Origin: a virus
Length of the DNA: 17,512 nt
Reading direction: 5' to 3' (one strand)
IMG/VR virus record: IMGVR_UViG_3300045988_030775
Location: 1-17,512 of that record
Shown: piece after piece, positions 1 through 6,993 of the stretch
Numbering within the stretch: the stretch's first letter is position 1
Layout of the letters: each line of letters opens with the position of its first letter
Notes under the pieces: model-generated
What the model was told of the DNA's origin: nothing
The model's database searches: none
Seen by the model: the letters and a program-made list of their open reading frames with translations, nothing else
Translations under genes and position numbers: made by a program

Positions 1-119
1 GCGTTTTTTATTTCGTTGTTTTTTTTGTTTTTTTGTGTTGTTCGGCGTGTTGTGTTTTTGTGGTGTGGTATTATATAACTATCAACCAAAGGATGAAGAA
101 AAGGATGGTGGTTGAGATG
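1..119. repeat. Left inverted terminal repeat (119 bp)
   Basis: Hand alignment: 1-119 is identical to the reverse complement of 17394-17512. The first mismatch is at 120 (a) versus the complement of 17393 (t). Confidence 0.97.
50..77 (+). promoter_or_regulatory. Candidate inward-facing promoter inside the left ITR
   Basis: TTGTGT (50-55), 16-nt spacer, TATATA (72-77). An alternative extended -10 is TGGTATTAT (66-74). It lies upstream of the first terminal ORF. Confidence 0.4.
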
Positions 120-302
120 ATGTATCGTCAAGACATTGAGAATGAGGTTGTTGATTATATTCGTAACAGTGGTGAGCGTGTTGTGGATTATGATGTTGAT
201 GCTGTTGTGGATTGTCTTGTTGTTATGTATGAGCGTGAGGGTGTTGAGTTTTATCGTTATTGTTTTGAGACTGTGGTTTTTATGAATCGTGTAGTTGAGT
301 GA
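117..302 (+). CDS. Hypothetical small acidic protein (61 aa), the only + strand gene
   Basis: ORF track 33..302. The likely true start is ATG 117, preceded by GGTGG (107-111) and AAGGA (101-105). The upstream part of the track ORF is just the open ITR. All six Arg codons are CGT, and C is rare in this ORF. Confidence 0.6.
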   Translation: MMYRQDIENEVVDYIRNSGERVVDYDVDAVVDCLVVMYEREGVEFYRYCFETVVFMNRVVE

Positions 303-343
303 GGTTGATGTCTGGTTGGAGTTTTGAGTTAAGATATAGAAAG

Positions 344-375
344 CCCCCTAGGTTATATGCCTAGGGGGTTTTTTT
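344..375. terminator. Bidirectional rho-independent terminator where + and - transcription converge
   Basis: Stem CCCCCTAGG (344-352) / CCTAGGGGG (360-368), 7-nt loop, then T7 (369-375). On the minus strand the same stem is followed by CTTTCTATATCTT. Confidence 0.8.
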
Positions 376-398
376 GAGTTTCAAGTCTCAAGTGGTAA

Positions 399-734
399 TC
401 AGTTTTGGCGTAGTGGGTTGTATGCTACTCCGAACCCGCCGGCGATGATACCGGCCGCAGTGCTGATGAGTCCGCCGATGTCGGCATGTCCGAAGCCCAT
501 GAGGCTTAAGCCTACCACGGATGCGGTCAAAGCGATGATGTAGATGATGGTGCGCACGGTATCGCTGAAGACTGGCGTGTAGCCGTCTGTGTGCTTGGCC
601 TTGTCTATGTCCGCGCTCCAAGCGTTGAGTACTTTGTCGATGTCGGTGTTGGATAGTTTTGTGACATTCGGTGTAGTGTCCGTTGTTGGTTCGATTACCG
701 TGTTGGTGGCGGTGGTGGTGTTCTGGTTTGTCAT
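399..734 (-). CDS. Membrane protein with two C-terminal TM segments, last gene of the lysis cassette (possible second holin/antiholin)
   Basis: Hydrophobic stretches TIIYIIALTASVVGLSLMGF and IGGLISTAAGIIAGGFGVAY. SD GAAGGAA lies upstream of the ATG. The function is inferred from position only. Confidence 0.7.
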   Translation of the reverse strand: MTNQNTTTATNTVIEPTTDTTPNVTKLSNTDIDKVLNAWSADIDKAKHTDGYTPVFSDTVRTIIYIIALTASVVGLSLMGFGHADIGGLISTAAGIIAGGFGVAYNPLRQN

Positions 735-750
735 AGTTCCTTCTTTTCGT

Positions 751-1473
751 TTACTTCAAGGCTTCTTCAAGTCGGGTGGCCCATGGCGCGTTCTTGCTTC
801 CTAGAGCGAAGCACGGCAAGGTGTGCCCGCACTGGTTGGCAACCATTTGCAGGGCCTTAACTTGGTCTGGGTGTGTCAGGTGATGGAGACGCTGGCCGTC
901 AAAATAGACCAAACGGCTTTCTCCGTTGGGCTGGATGATACACTGCATCATATCCTCGTTAGTGGTTGTTGTATCGAAGGTTGCTTGTAATAGTTGGTTT
1001 GCTTTGTTGGTTACATAGTTGACATCAAGGCCATTAACGGCCTTGTCGGGACAGCCGTAGTGGTCGGTGCCGGGTATCTCGCGGTGTAGCCACACGTTGC
1101 CGTTGAGTCCATCATACCACAGGCGGCCCCAGCCTTGACGGCGGGCGATATCGGCGCATAGGCGGGCCGAGGCGTCCATACACGCGCGCGTGCAAGGCAC
1201 ACCGGCCATGCCGCCTTCATGCTCGATGCTTACGGTGCTGTTGTTGCTCGCATAGTTCGCGTCGCTCCAACTGCCGTTGCTCTCGCTCACATACTGGTGT
1301 ATCTCGCCGTTGCCTCCGATGCCGTAGTGGGCCGAAGCGCCTCCGGAGCGTTGGAAAACGCTGTCGGTGCCGGTTAGGGTGCCGACCATGATGTGCAGTG
1401 TGATGTGGCTTATGGCGTAGCCGTTGCGCCCGTTGTAGTGGTTGGGGGACCCTATCCATGTAGTGCCGTTCAT
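751..1473 (-). CDS. Endolysin, N-acetylmuramoyl-L-alanine amidase (Amidase_2/PGRP fold) with a C-terminal putative wall-binding domain
   Basis: N-terminal SHITLHIM, EHEG and LHREIPGTDHYGCPD match the T7-lysozyme-type His/His/Cys zinc-ligand pattern. SD GGGAG is present. It lies directly downstream of the holin. Confidence 0.85.
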   Translation of the reverse strand: MNGTTWIGSPNHYNGRNGYAISHITLHIMVGTLTGTDSVFQRSGGASAHYGIGGNGEIHQYVSESNGSWSDANYASNNSTVSIEHEGGMAGVPCTRACMDASARLCADIARRQGWGRLWYDGLNGNVWLHREIPGTDHYGCPDKAVNGLDVNYVTNKANQLLQATFDTTTTNEDMMQCIIQPNGESRLVYFDGQRLHHLTHPDQVKALQMVANQCGHTLPCFALGSKNAPWATRLEEALK

Positions 1474-1482
1474 GGTTGCTCC

Positions 1483-1851
1483 CTAATCTTCTTCTTTGCC
1501 ATTGCTTTCTTTCTTATCGACTTTGAAAATATTGAGAATATTCGAGTTGTTTAGCTCGGGGTTGATTTTCGCGCAGTTTTCCATGATTGACGTGATTTCA
1601 ATCAGACAAATACCTGCACATACTGGCATGAATACGGGTAATTCGATTCCCAGATTGATGTAGCCCGAACCGTATTCAACGATTAACGCCACGCAAATTA
1701 TCGCAAGGTATGCGAATTTATGCCCGAGTCCCTGCCTCATTCTCTCACTAGACAGTTCGCCGTGCATGATTGCATTAACCACGCCGGTAATATAGTCAAT
1801 CAGCACCAATAAAAACACAATGCCGATAACGATCAACTCATGAGTTGACAT
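1483..1851 (-). CDS. Holin (phage_holin_4 / LL-H-type family)
   Basis: 122 aa with three hydrophobic segments and a charged C-terminal tail (KKESNGKEED). The family-like motif DYITGVVNA...SS...GL.HK is present. It lies immediately upstream of the amidase. Confidence 0.8.
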   Translation of the reverse strand: MSTHELIVIGIVFLLVLIDYITGVVNAIMHGELSSERMRQGLGHKFAYLAIICVALIVEYGSGYINLGIELPVFMPVCAGICLIEITSIMENCAKINPELNNSNILNIFKVDKKESNGKEED

Positions 1852-1861
1852 GTATGTTCCC

Positions 1862-2968
1862 TCACTTTCTTATACCTGATTGTTGTAACAAGCCGCCAAG
1901 TATCATACTGAACTCTGCTTTTATTTGCGGTGTTTCAAAACGCAGTCGTCCGACGCGATAGGCGCTTAATATTTTCTGCGTCATGTCGTCGGAACGTTTG
2001 AGCATGATGCAATCATTGTCAACCAGTCGGTAATCAAACGTATAATCCCTAGTGATTTTCGGCTGTTTTTTGGTAATTATATATAGTACCTCGTCGGTAT
2101 CGCTCAATTGTTGATATACGTTGAAAATACCGTATTCGGTTGTTCTCAACGTGAACGCATAACCGGCGTTGCTGAAATCACTGATGAGGGTATTGGCGTT
2201 ATCCCTGAAATCATTGTTGATTGCATAATTCGCGTAATTTTCGTCATATTTGCGTAAGAACGTACCGAATTTGGATGAGGCAACCTTTGCGCTGAACCCG
2301 CCGTAGTCGGCCAATTCCACCATGATGAAGCCGTCGCAATATCGTTGGTATTGCGTGTGATTATCTAATTGCGGCTTCAGGTTGATATTAAACGCGCTGA
2401 AATACGGGTTGGCCAATGTTACCGCGTTACTGCACATGATGACTCGAACCCTATCGTTCCACCGGTCTACCGTATTGTAAAATTCCTCAAGCGCGGTCAC
2501 TTCACCGCCCAAATACCGCATGTTATCGGGAAAAATCTCATCAAAAACAATGGTTCGTACTTTGGGGTACGCAACTGATTTCACCTGCCCTGCCTGACTG
2601 AGGGCGATGAAGTACCCCATGATATGCCATGTCGGGCGTGTCTTGCCGTGTTTGTCCGTGGTGGCGTCTCTGTCATCCAGCCAATGACATTCTGCCTGAT
2701 TGCCGGACACGCGAAACTCCAATTCCGGGTATTGTTCCGTGATGTCCGCGAACCATGTGCCCTTGTTTTTTTGCTCCTCCGCCGTCCTACGCAAATAGAT
2801 GAACTGCCACCGTTTTTTAATCCAGTCACCGATGACCAGTTTTTTGGCACCGTAGGTTTTGCCGAGGCCGCGCGCGCCGATGACGAACATCCAAGGCGCG
2901 TGATAGGATAATATGCGCCCGTAATCGTAATAATCGCCCTCGGCTAACAGTTTCTCCATATTATCCAT
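1862..2968 (-). CDS. DNA encapsidation ATPase (phi29 gp16-like)
   Basis: Walker A GARGLGKT and Walker B TIVFDE. The start is moved to ATG 2968 (MDNMEKL) because the track start 2989 lies inside a 15-bp stem hairpin. Confidence 0.85.
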   Translation of the reverse strand: MDNMEKLLAEGDYYDYGRILSYHAPWMFVIGARGLGKTYGAKKLVIGDWIKKRWQFIYLRRTAEEQKNKGTWFADITEQYPELEFRVSGNQAECHWLDDRDATTDKHGKTRPTWHIMGYFIALSQAGQVKSVAYPKVRTIVFDEIFPDNMRYLGGEVTALEEFYNTVDRWNDRVRVIMCSNAVTLANPYFSAFNINLKPQLDNHTQYQRYCDGFIMVELADYGGFSAKVASSKFGTFLRKYDENYANYAINNDFRDNANTLISDFSNAGYAFTLRTTEYGIFNVYQQLSDTDEVLYIITKKQPKITRDYTFDYRLVDNDCIMLKRSDDMTQKILSAYRVGRLRFETPQIKAEFSMILGGLLQQSGIRK

Positions 2969-2981
2969 ACTACCGTACAAC

Positions 2982-3017
2982 AGTGACAAACCGGTATATA
3001 TCTACCGGTTTGTCACT
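2982..3017. other. Perfect 15-bp stem hairpin between the tail lysin and the packaging ATPase
   Basis: AGTGACAAACCGGTA (2982-2996), loop TATATC, TACCGGTTTGTCACT (3003-3017). There is no strong U-tract on the minus strand, so it may be a processing or attenuation element rather than a classic terminator. Confidence 0.6.
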
Positions 3018-3020
3018 TTG

Positions 3021-4235
3021 TTAAAAGTTCGGCGGCGCACTAGTGCCGTCCCACACATTCAACAGCGAGTAGACGGTATTATAGCGTGTCCCGTATGGCC
3101 CGAACGGAGGCGTATTGAGGATATTGTTATACAGTTGGGTAAGAAATGAAGCATGAGGCACATTCAACGCGCCCGCCGGGCTTTGGTGATAGGCGCTCAC
3201 CCACAGTATTTGCATTTTCGCGTCATCATACGTCTGTGGGTAGCTCTCGTAATCCTCTGCGAACTGGTTTCGCTGACCCTGCCGTGATTCCGTGCGCCGT
3301 GCCCACGTCTGGAATGCCGCAACTTCGTTACCGGTCATTGCCCTGTCGAACGTGCCGCCCGACTCCATGAGCGCGGCAATGCTCGGCGCGGCGGCGGCAA
3401 ACGCCTCATACCCTGCGGCGTCAACCGCTTTCATAGCGTTCAACACCTGTAGGCGGCGCCCAAAACTCCATTGTGCGATGCCGATACCTTGATTGTTTGG
3501 TTCGACAGCATCCCAGCGCAATGATGATTCAACGGTACCGATGACATAGAGCGCGTATGAGCTTTCTCCGTCGCCTACGCTTGGCGTGCTCTGGCCTTGG
3601 TCGGCGTCCGGCTGACCTGTGCCGCCGCGATATGTCCAAGTCTGGGCGGTTGCCTTGTAGAAAACGGCTTGCGACGACGTCGTGCCCGAACCACTGTGAT
3701 ATACGAGATTATCGCCCTGTAGTTGTATCCACGCGGAGATGTCGCCGTCCACGTTCACGCCCGGGTTATTCCCACCTGTCGGATTATCGCCGGATTCCGG
3801 TGGTTCCGGCAATGCCGTGGGATGCAGATAACCGAGCAACTGGGAACCCTTTGCGAGCGGCAACAATTGACGTACGGCGGGCGTCGGGTTTTGAGTCAGA
3901 ACATCGATATTATCGCCCTGAACACCACCCCACACAATGGCTACGTGACTGCCGGGGTAGTTTTGACTGCCGAACCTCCAAAACACGACATCCCCCATGC
4001 CGGGCGTATAATTTTCGTCCTTTTTCTCGAAAACACGCCCCACGGCGGACGTGGTGGGGAACATGGTGTAATTGCCCTCCGCGTAACCTGTCGGCGTGAT
4101 GCAATCACCTAACGAAAGATTGTAATTATCCATACAGTATTTCGCCCATAAATCCCAGCATTGGGCACCGTAAGCCCCGTCCATGTCCCAGTATTGGTTT
4201 TGGGTTCGCTCCAACCATGCCTGTACGTCTACCAT
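3021..4235 (-). CDS. Virion-associated peptidoglycan hydrolase: N-terminal CHAP domain plus C-terminal lysozyme/transglycosylase-like domain (phi29 gp13 position)
   Basis: CHAP signature GAQCWDL ... GSHVAIVW. The C-terminal part has TVESSLRWDAV ... GIGIAQWS, resembling the E-S / G-h-x-Q motifs of lytic transglycosylases. Confidence 0.8.
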   Translation of the reverse strand: MVDVQAWLERTQNQYWDMDGAYGAQCWDLWAKYCMDNYNLSLGDCITPTGYAEGNYTMFPTTSAVGRVFEKKDENYTPGMGDVVFWRFGSQNYPGSHVAIVWGGVQGDNIDVLTQNPTPAVRQLLPLAKGSQLLGYLHPTALPEPPESGDNPTGGNNPGVNVDGDISAWIQLQGDNLVYHSGSGTTSSQAVFYKATAQTWTYRGGTGQPDADQGQSTPSVGDGESSYALYVIGTVESSLRWDAVEPNNQGIGIAQWSFGRRLQVLNAMKAVDAAGYEAFAAAAPSIAALMESGGTFDRAMTGNEVAAFQTWARRTESRQGQRNQFAEDYESYPQTYDDAKMQILWVSAYHQSPAGALNVPHASFLTQLYNNILNTPPFGPYGTRYNTVYSLLNVWDGTSAPPNF

Positions 4236-4244
4236 GATATTAGT

Positions 4245-4274
4245 ATACCCCGTCCGGCGTACCGGACGGGGTAT
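4245..4274. other. Perfect 13-bp stem hairpin abutting parS-1
   Basis: ATACCCCGTCCGG (4245-4257), loop CGTA, CCGGACGGGGTAT (4262-4274). Confidence 0.7.
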
Positions 4275-4289
4275 GTTTCACGTGAAACA
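4274..4289. promoter_or_regulatory. parS: parS-1, perfect consensus ParB/Spo0J binding palindrome
   Basis: TGTTTCACGTGAAACA, 16/16. It sits within the 18-bp palindrome ATGTTTCACGTGAAACAT (4273-4290) and is intergenic. Confidence 0.85.
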
Positions 4290-4299
4290 TGATTATTCA

Positions 4300-4336
4300 T
4301 AAACAATAAGATACCCCACGACAGTAAGCCGTGGGG
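4300..4336 (-). terminator. Rho-independent terminator after the fibre gene
   Basis: Minus strand: CCCCACG, 9-nt loop, CGTGGGG, followed by TATCTTATTGTTTAT. Confidence 0.6.
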
Positions 4337-4356
4337 TGTGGGGTTGGTGAGTATCG

Positions 4357-5259
4357 TCAGACAGCGACAAAATATGTCAAAACTGCCGAAAGATTCAAAT
4401 TTGATTGCGTTGTGGCGTTCGGGCCCGCCTGATCTACGTACGGGTATCCATCGGAGTTGATGCCAAAAAGAAGATGTGCCGGCATGGTATTACCCGCCCC
4501 AACGAAAACATCAAGCAGTTGCCTTAACGCTCCAGCTGGCCTATACCGTGATGGTATGGCCTGTTCTGCCGGATTTAAGCCGACGGCCCAGCCTGTCGCC
4601 GTGCCGGTTATGGTAACACGCAGTGTGACAAGCTTTGCAAGGGGAGAGTAGTAGGCGTGGTAGTCAATATTTGCCCCGTAGACCTTATCGGTAGTATGAT
4701 ATACTTCGATAGGTTCGACCCCCCTTTCCCGCAATGCTTCCAAGGCCGAGCTTATTGTTGATATTTGGGAGGTGTTGGCGTCGATACGGCTGTCAAGCGT
4801 TTTCGCGGTTCCAGAGTATCCGCCCTGTTTGGTAAACGTCGTGTCGGCCTGCGCTTTGGTATACACATTCGTGGCGTCGGCCTTGCCCTTAACCGTGTCG
4901 GATAGTGAGCTGACAGTCCCCTGCAATGCCGTCAACGCGGTATCTTCCGCTTTGCCGTTGATGGTGGACATGAGCGCCTGCGCGGTCTGCGCGGACGTGA
5001 CGCCAAGCGCGTTGAAATACGATTCCTGTTCGGTGATATCCGCTTTATTGGTTTGCGCCAATACGAGCGCATTATCCGCTGTGGTCTTGGCCGTGTTGGC
5101 GGTAGACGTTGCGGTAGTGGCGTCGGTTTCGTTGCGGTACATTTGCGAATCGATTTTGCTCATGTCGCCGGTGTAGTCGCCGCGCCACGATGGCTTATCG
5201 TCCGGGCTGTCGCCGAACTGGCTGAGATTATAGTGTGGGGTTTTATTGATGCTACTCAT
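4357..5259 (-). CDS. Tail fibre / receptor-binding protein (appendage analogue)
   Basis: The N-terminus MSSINKTPHYNLSQFGDSPDDKPSWRGDYTGDMSKID is typical of Gram-positive phage fibre N-termini. The centre is Ala/Thr-rich and helical. Start at ATG 5259 with SD GAGGAA 7 nt upstream. Confidence 0.7.
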   Translation of the reverse strand: MSSINKTPHYNLSQFGDSPDDKPSWRGDYTGDMSKIDSQMYRNETDATTATSTANTAKTTADNALVLAQTNKADITEQESYFNALGVTSAQTAQALMSTINGKAEDTALTALQGTVSSLSDTVKGKADATNVYTKAQADTTFTKQGGYSGTAKTLDSRIDANTSQISTISSALEALRERGVEPIEVYHTTDKVYGANIDYHAYYSPLAKLVTLRVTITGTATGWAVGLNPAEQAIPSRYRPAGALRQLLDVFVGAGNTMPAHLLFGINSDGYPYVDQAGPNATTQSNLNLSAVLTYFVAV

Positions 5260-5425
5260 GGTGAGGTTCCTCGCTTTCATTACTGCGGGCAGGCGTCCCC
5301 GCCCGAACAATATTATAGTTATCGGAATATTGCGTGTCCAGTTGGGCGGCGGCGAGGGCGGCTACCTGCGATTCCAGTGCGGCGATACGGGATGCCAACG
5401 CGGAAACGTCGGGAACGTCAGACAT
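5252..5425 (-). CDS. Small coiled-coil protein, 57 aa (below the ORF-track size cutoff)
   Basis: Hand translation: MSDVPDVSALASRIAALESQVAALAAAQLDTQYSDNYNIVRAGTPARSNESEEPHHE. It fills the gap between two minus-strand genes. Its stop overlaps the fibre start (ATGAGTAG). Confidence 0.5.
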   Translation of the reverse strand: MSDVPDVSALASRIAALESQVAALAAAQLDTQYSDNYNIVRAGTPARSNESEEPHHE

Positions 5426-5430
5426 AAACG

Positions 5431-5979
5431 CTACTTCGTTTCACCCTCGGGGATGCTCTTACCGTACGGGAATTGCGAGCGTCCGGGAAAGTCGCCGGGT
5501 ACGCAATTGTCAACGGCGGTTGCTCGTAAATCATATTCACGCGCAGGCAATCCCAGCGCGTCATACACGGATGCTTCCAATGCCATCTTGTCGTAATCAG
5601 ACCAGAATAGTGCATGATTGCGTGTATTATCATACATGCCGTCAAGCACCGTTTGCAGAGCGTCTTGCCTGCCGTATACTGGAGACCGCGCCAGTCCGGT
5701 GGACTGCGATTGTTCGATGAGCCGGATGAGTTCATCACGTAGGATGGCCATTTGCTTAACGAGGTTATCGGCGATTTGCTGGACGGCGGCGTTATTGTCC
5801 GTAATCGACTGGTTCACCTGCTCGACGAGTGTATTGAAGTCGGACTGCAAGCCATCCAGATTGCACCGGATGCACTCAATCAATTGGAGTGTGGTCAACC
5901 CGTCACGGTACGTGAACGGAACCGACGTGGGAATACGCGCCGGCGGATAGGCGCGTGGCATAAGGGCGTTGACGGACAT
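5431..5979 (-). CDS. Hypothetical structural protein (tail/fibre-associated by position)
   Basis: Start at ATG 5979 with SD GGGAG 5 nt upstream, 2 nt after the preceding stop. I recognise no motif. Confidence 0.7.
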   Translation of the reverse strand: MSVNALMPRAYPPARIPTSVPFTYRDGLTTLQLIECIRCNLDGLQSDFNTLVEQVNQSITDNNAAVQQIADNLVKQMAILRDELIRLIEQSQSTGLARSPVYGRQDALQTVLDGMYDNTRNHALFWSDYDKMALEASVYDALGLPAREYDLRATAVDNCVPGDFPGRSQFPYGKSIPEGETK

Positions 5980-5981
5980 GA

Positions 5982-6776
5982 TTACTCCCATTCTCCATAG
6001 TTATGGCAGTCACTGAAAATTGTATCATACGACCCCCACACCTGCATGAAACACGGTTCGAGGCTCCGCACGATTTCCATGTCCACGTTGATGATGGCCT
6101 GTCGGTACTCCTGTATCAGGCTCATGGCGGACTGGGAGCGGCCCGACGTGTGGGATTTGGTGCTCCCATCCGTAGCGTCGTGTTGCCATTCCGTGCTGGA
6201 TGTACTATGGGACTGAGAAGAGGTATCTTGCGTGCTATGGCTACTGCCGTCCGTATCCGCTTGCGCCTGATTGGCATGAGTCGCGTATCGAGCAAAATCA
6301 CCTTGCACGCCGGTTGCGGGCACTTCCGAGTCGTAGGACTGGGACTTGGTACTACTTGAACTGGTGCCGTCCGAGGAGCTTCGGGTTGCACTATCCTGAG
6401 AGGCGCTGGTTTTGCCGCTGGACTGGGCTACAGTATTGGACAGGCTTTCACTGACCATTTCCATAGTGTTCAATGGGTCATATTTCAACGCTAGCGTCCT
6501 GTAGCGCTCATTGAAATATGGCATGATTTCCGCCATCGTCATCCCCAAGTAAAAAATGAACTGCTGGGCGGTTTCCTGACCAATCTCCCTAAGCGCGTAA
6601 TGGCGGACGATTTTTTCATTCAACTCCGCGCGGTGAGATTCGTTGTAAATCGGGTAATAGTCGGCGCTAAGATGCAGCTTATCATCAGTATCATACCCGA
6701 ATGAAATAAGATTGCCGAGGGTTTCGGTATACTCCCCCGGCGTCGCCATCACATAGGCACTAAAACTCTGTACCAT
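5982..6776 (-). CDS. Lower collar protein (phi29 gp11-like) with a long Ser/Thr/Gln-rich central segment
   Basis: Located after the connector. The N-terminal motif RHYALREIGQETAQQF resembles lower-collar proteins of small podophages. SD GAGAGAGG precedes ATG 6776. Confidence 0.6.
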   Translation of the reverse strand: MVQSFSAYVMATPGEYTETLGNLISFGYDTDDKLHLSADYYPIYNESHRAELNEKIVRHYALREIGQETAQQFIFYLGMTMAEIMPYFNERYRTLALKYDPLNTMEMVSESLSNTVAQSSGKTSASQDSATRSSSDGTSSSSTKSQSYDSEVPATGVQGDFARYATHANQAQADTDGSSHSTQDTSSQSHSTSSTEWQHDATDGSTKSHTSGRSQSAMSLIQEYRQAIINVDMEIVRSLEPCFMQVWGSYDTIFSDCHNYGEWE

Positions 6777-6993
6777 ACGTGGCCTCTCTCGTTTGGTGGC
6801 TAATACGTGCGGCAACGATATCATGATATGTTTTCATTGCAACAACTTGTTTTTTCAGCAGCCCCGCAGCATGTCCGGACATGAGCAAGACCCCGTTTGC
6901 ATAGTTATCCAGGGCCTTTTCAGCCCTACTGATCTTATTGGCGACTTCATACATTTCGCATACAAGTCCTACCATAACGTCACGGGTTATCAT
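6760..6993 (-). CDS. Hypothetical 77-aa protein
   Basis: Its ATG overlaps the connector stop (ATGA), a sign of translational coupling. Confidence 0.65.
   Translation of the reverse strand: MITRDVMVGLVCEMYEVANKISRAEKALDNYANGVLLMSGHAAGLLKKQVVAMKTYHDIVAARISHQTREATYGTEF

Noticed and set aside
33-119. Shared 29-aa N-terminus (MCCSACCVFVVWYYITINQRMKKRMVVEM) of track ORFs 33..302 and 17163..17480
   Set aside because: It is simply the ITR read in an open frame from a TTG. The composition is Cys/Val/Trp-rich and non-protein-like, and a better SD and ATG lie at the ITR boundary.
3019-3024. Possible promoter TTAACA-18-TATATA overlapping the 2982-3017 hairpin, and internal TATAAT hexamers at 3078-3083 and 5312-5317 (minus strand)
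   Set aside because: They have weak or absent partner hexamers or lie inside coding sequence. Single hexamers are expected by chance in 35 kb of two-strand sequence.
6129-6452. Ser/Thr/Gln/Asp-rich low-complexity segment in the lower-collar protein, considered as a tandem repeat or hypervariable region
   Set aside because: There is no DNA-level tandem repeat, only a compositional bias. Lower-collar proteins form long beta-hairpin tubes with alternating polar residues, so this is plausibly ordinary for the family.
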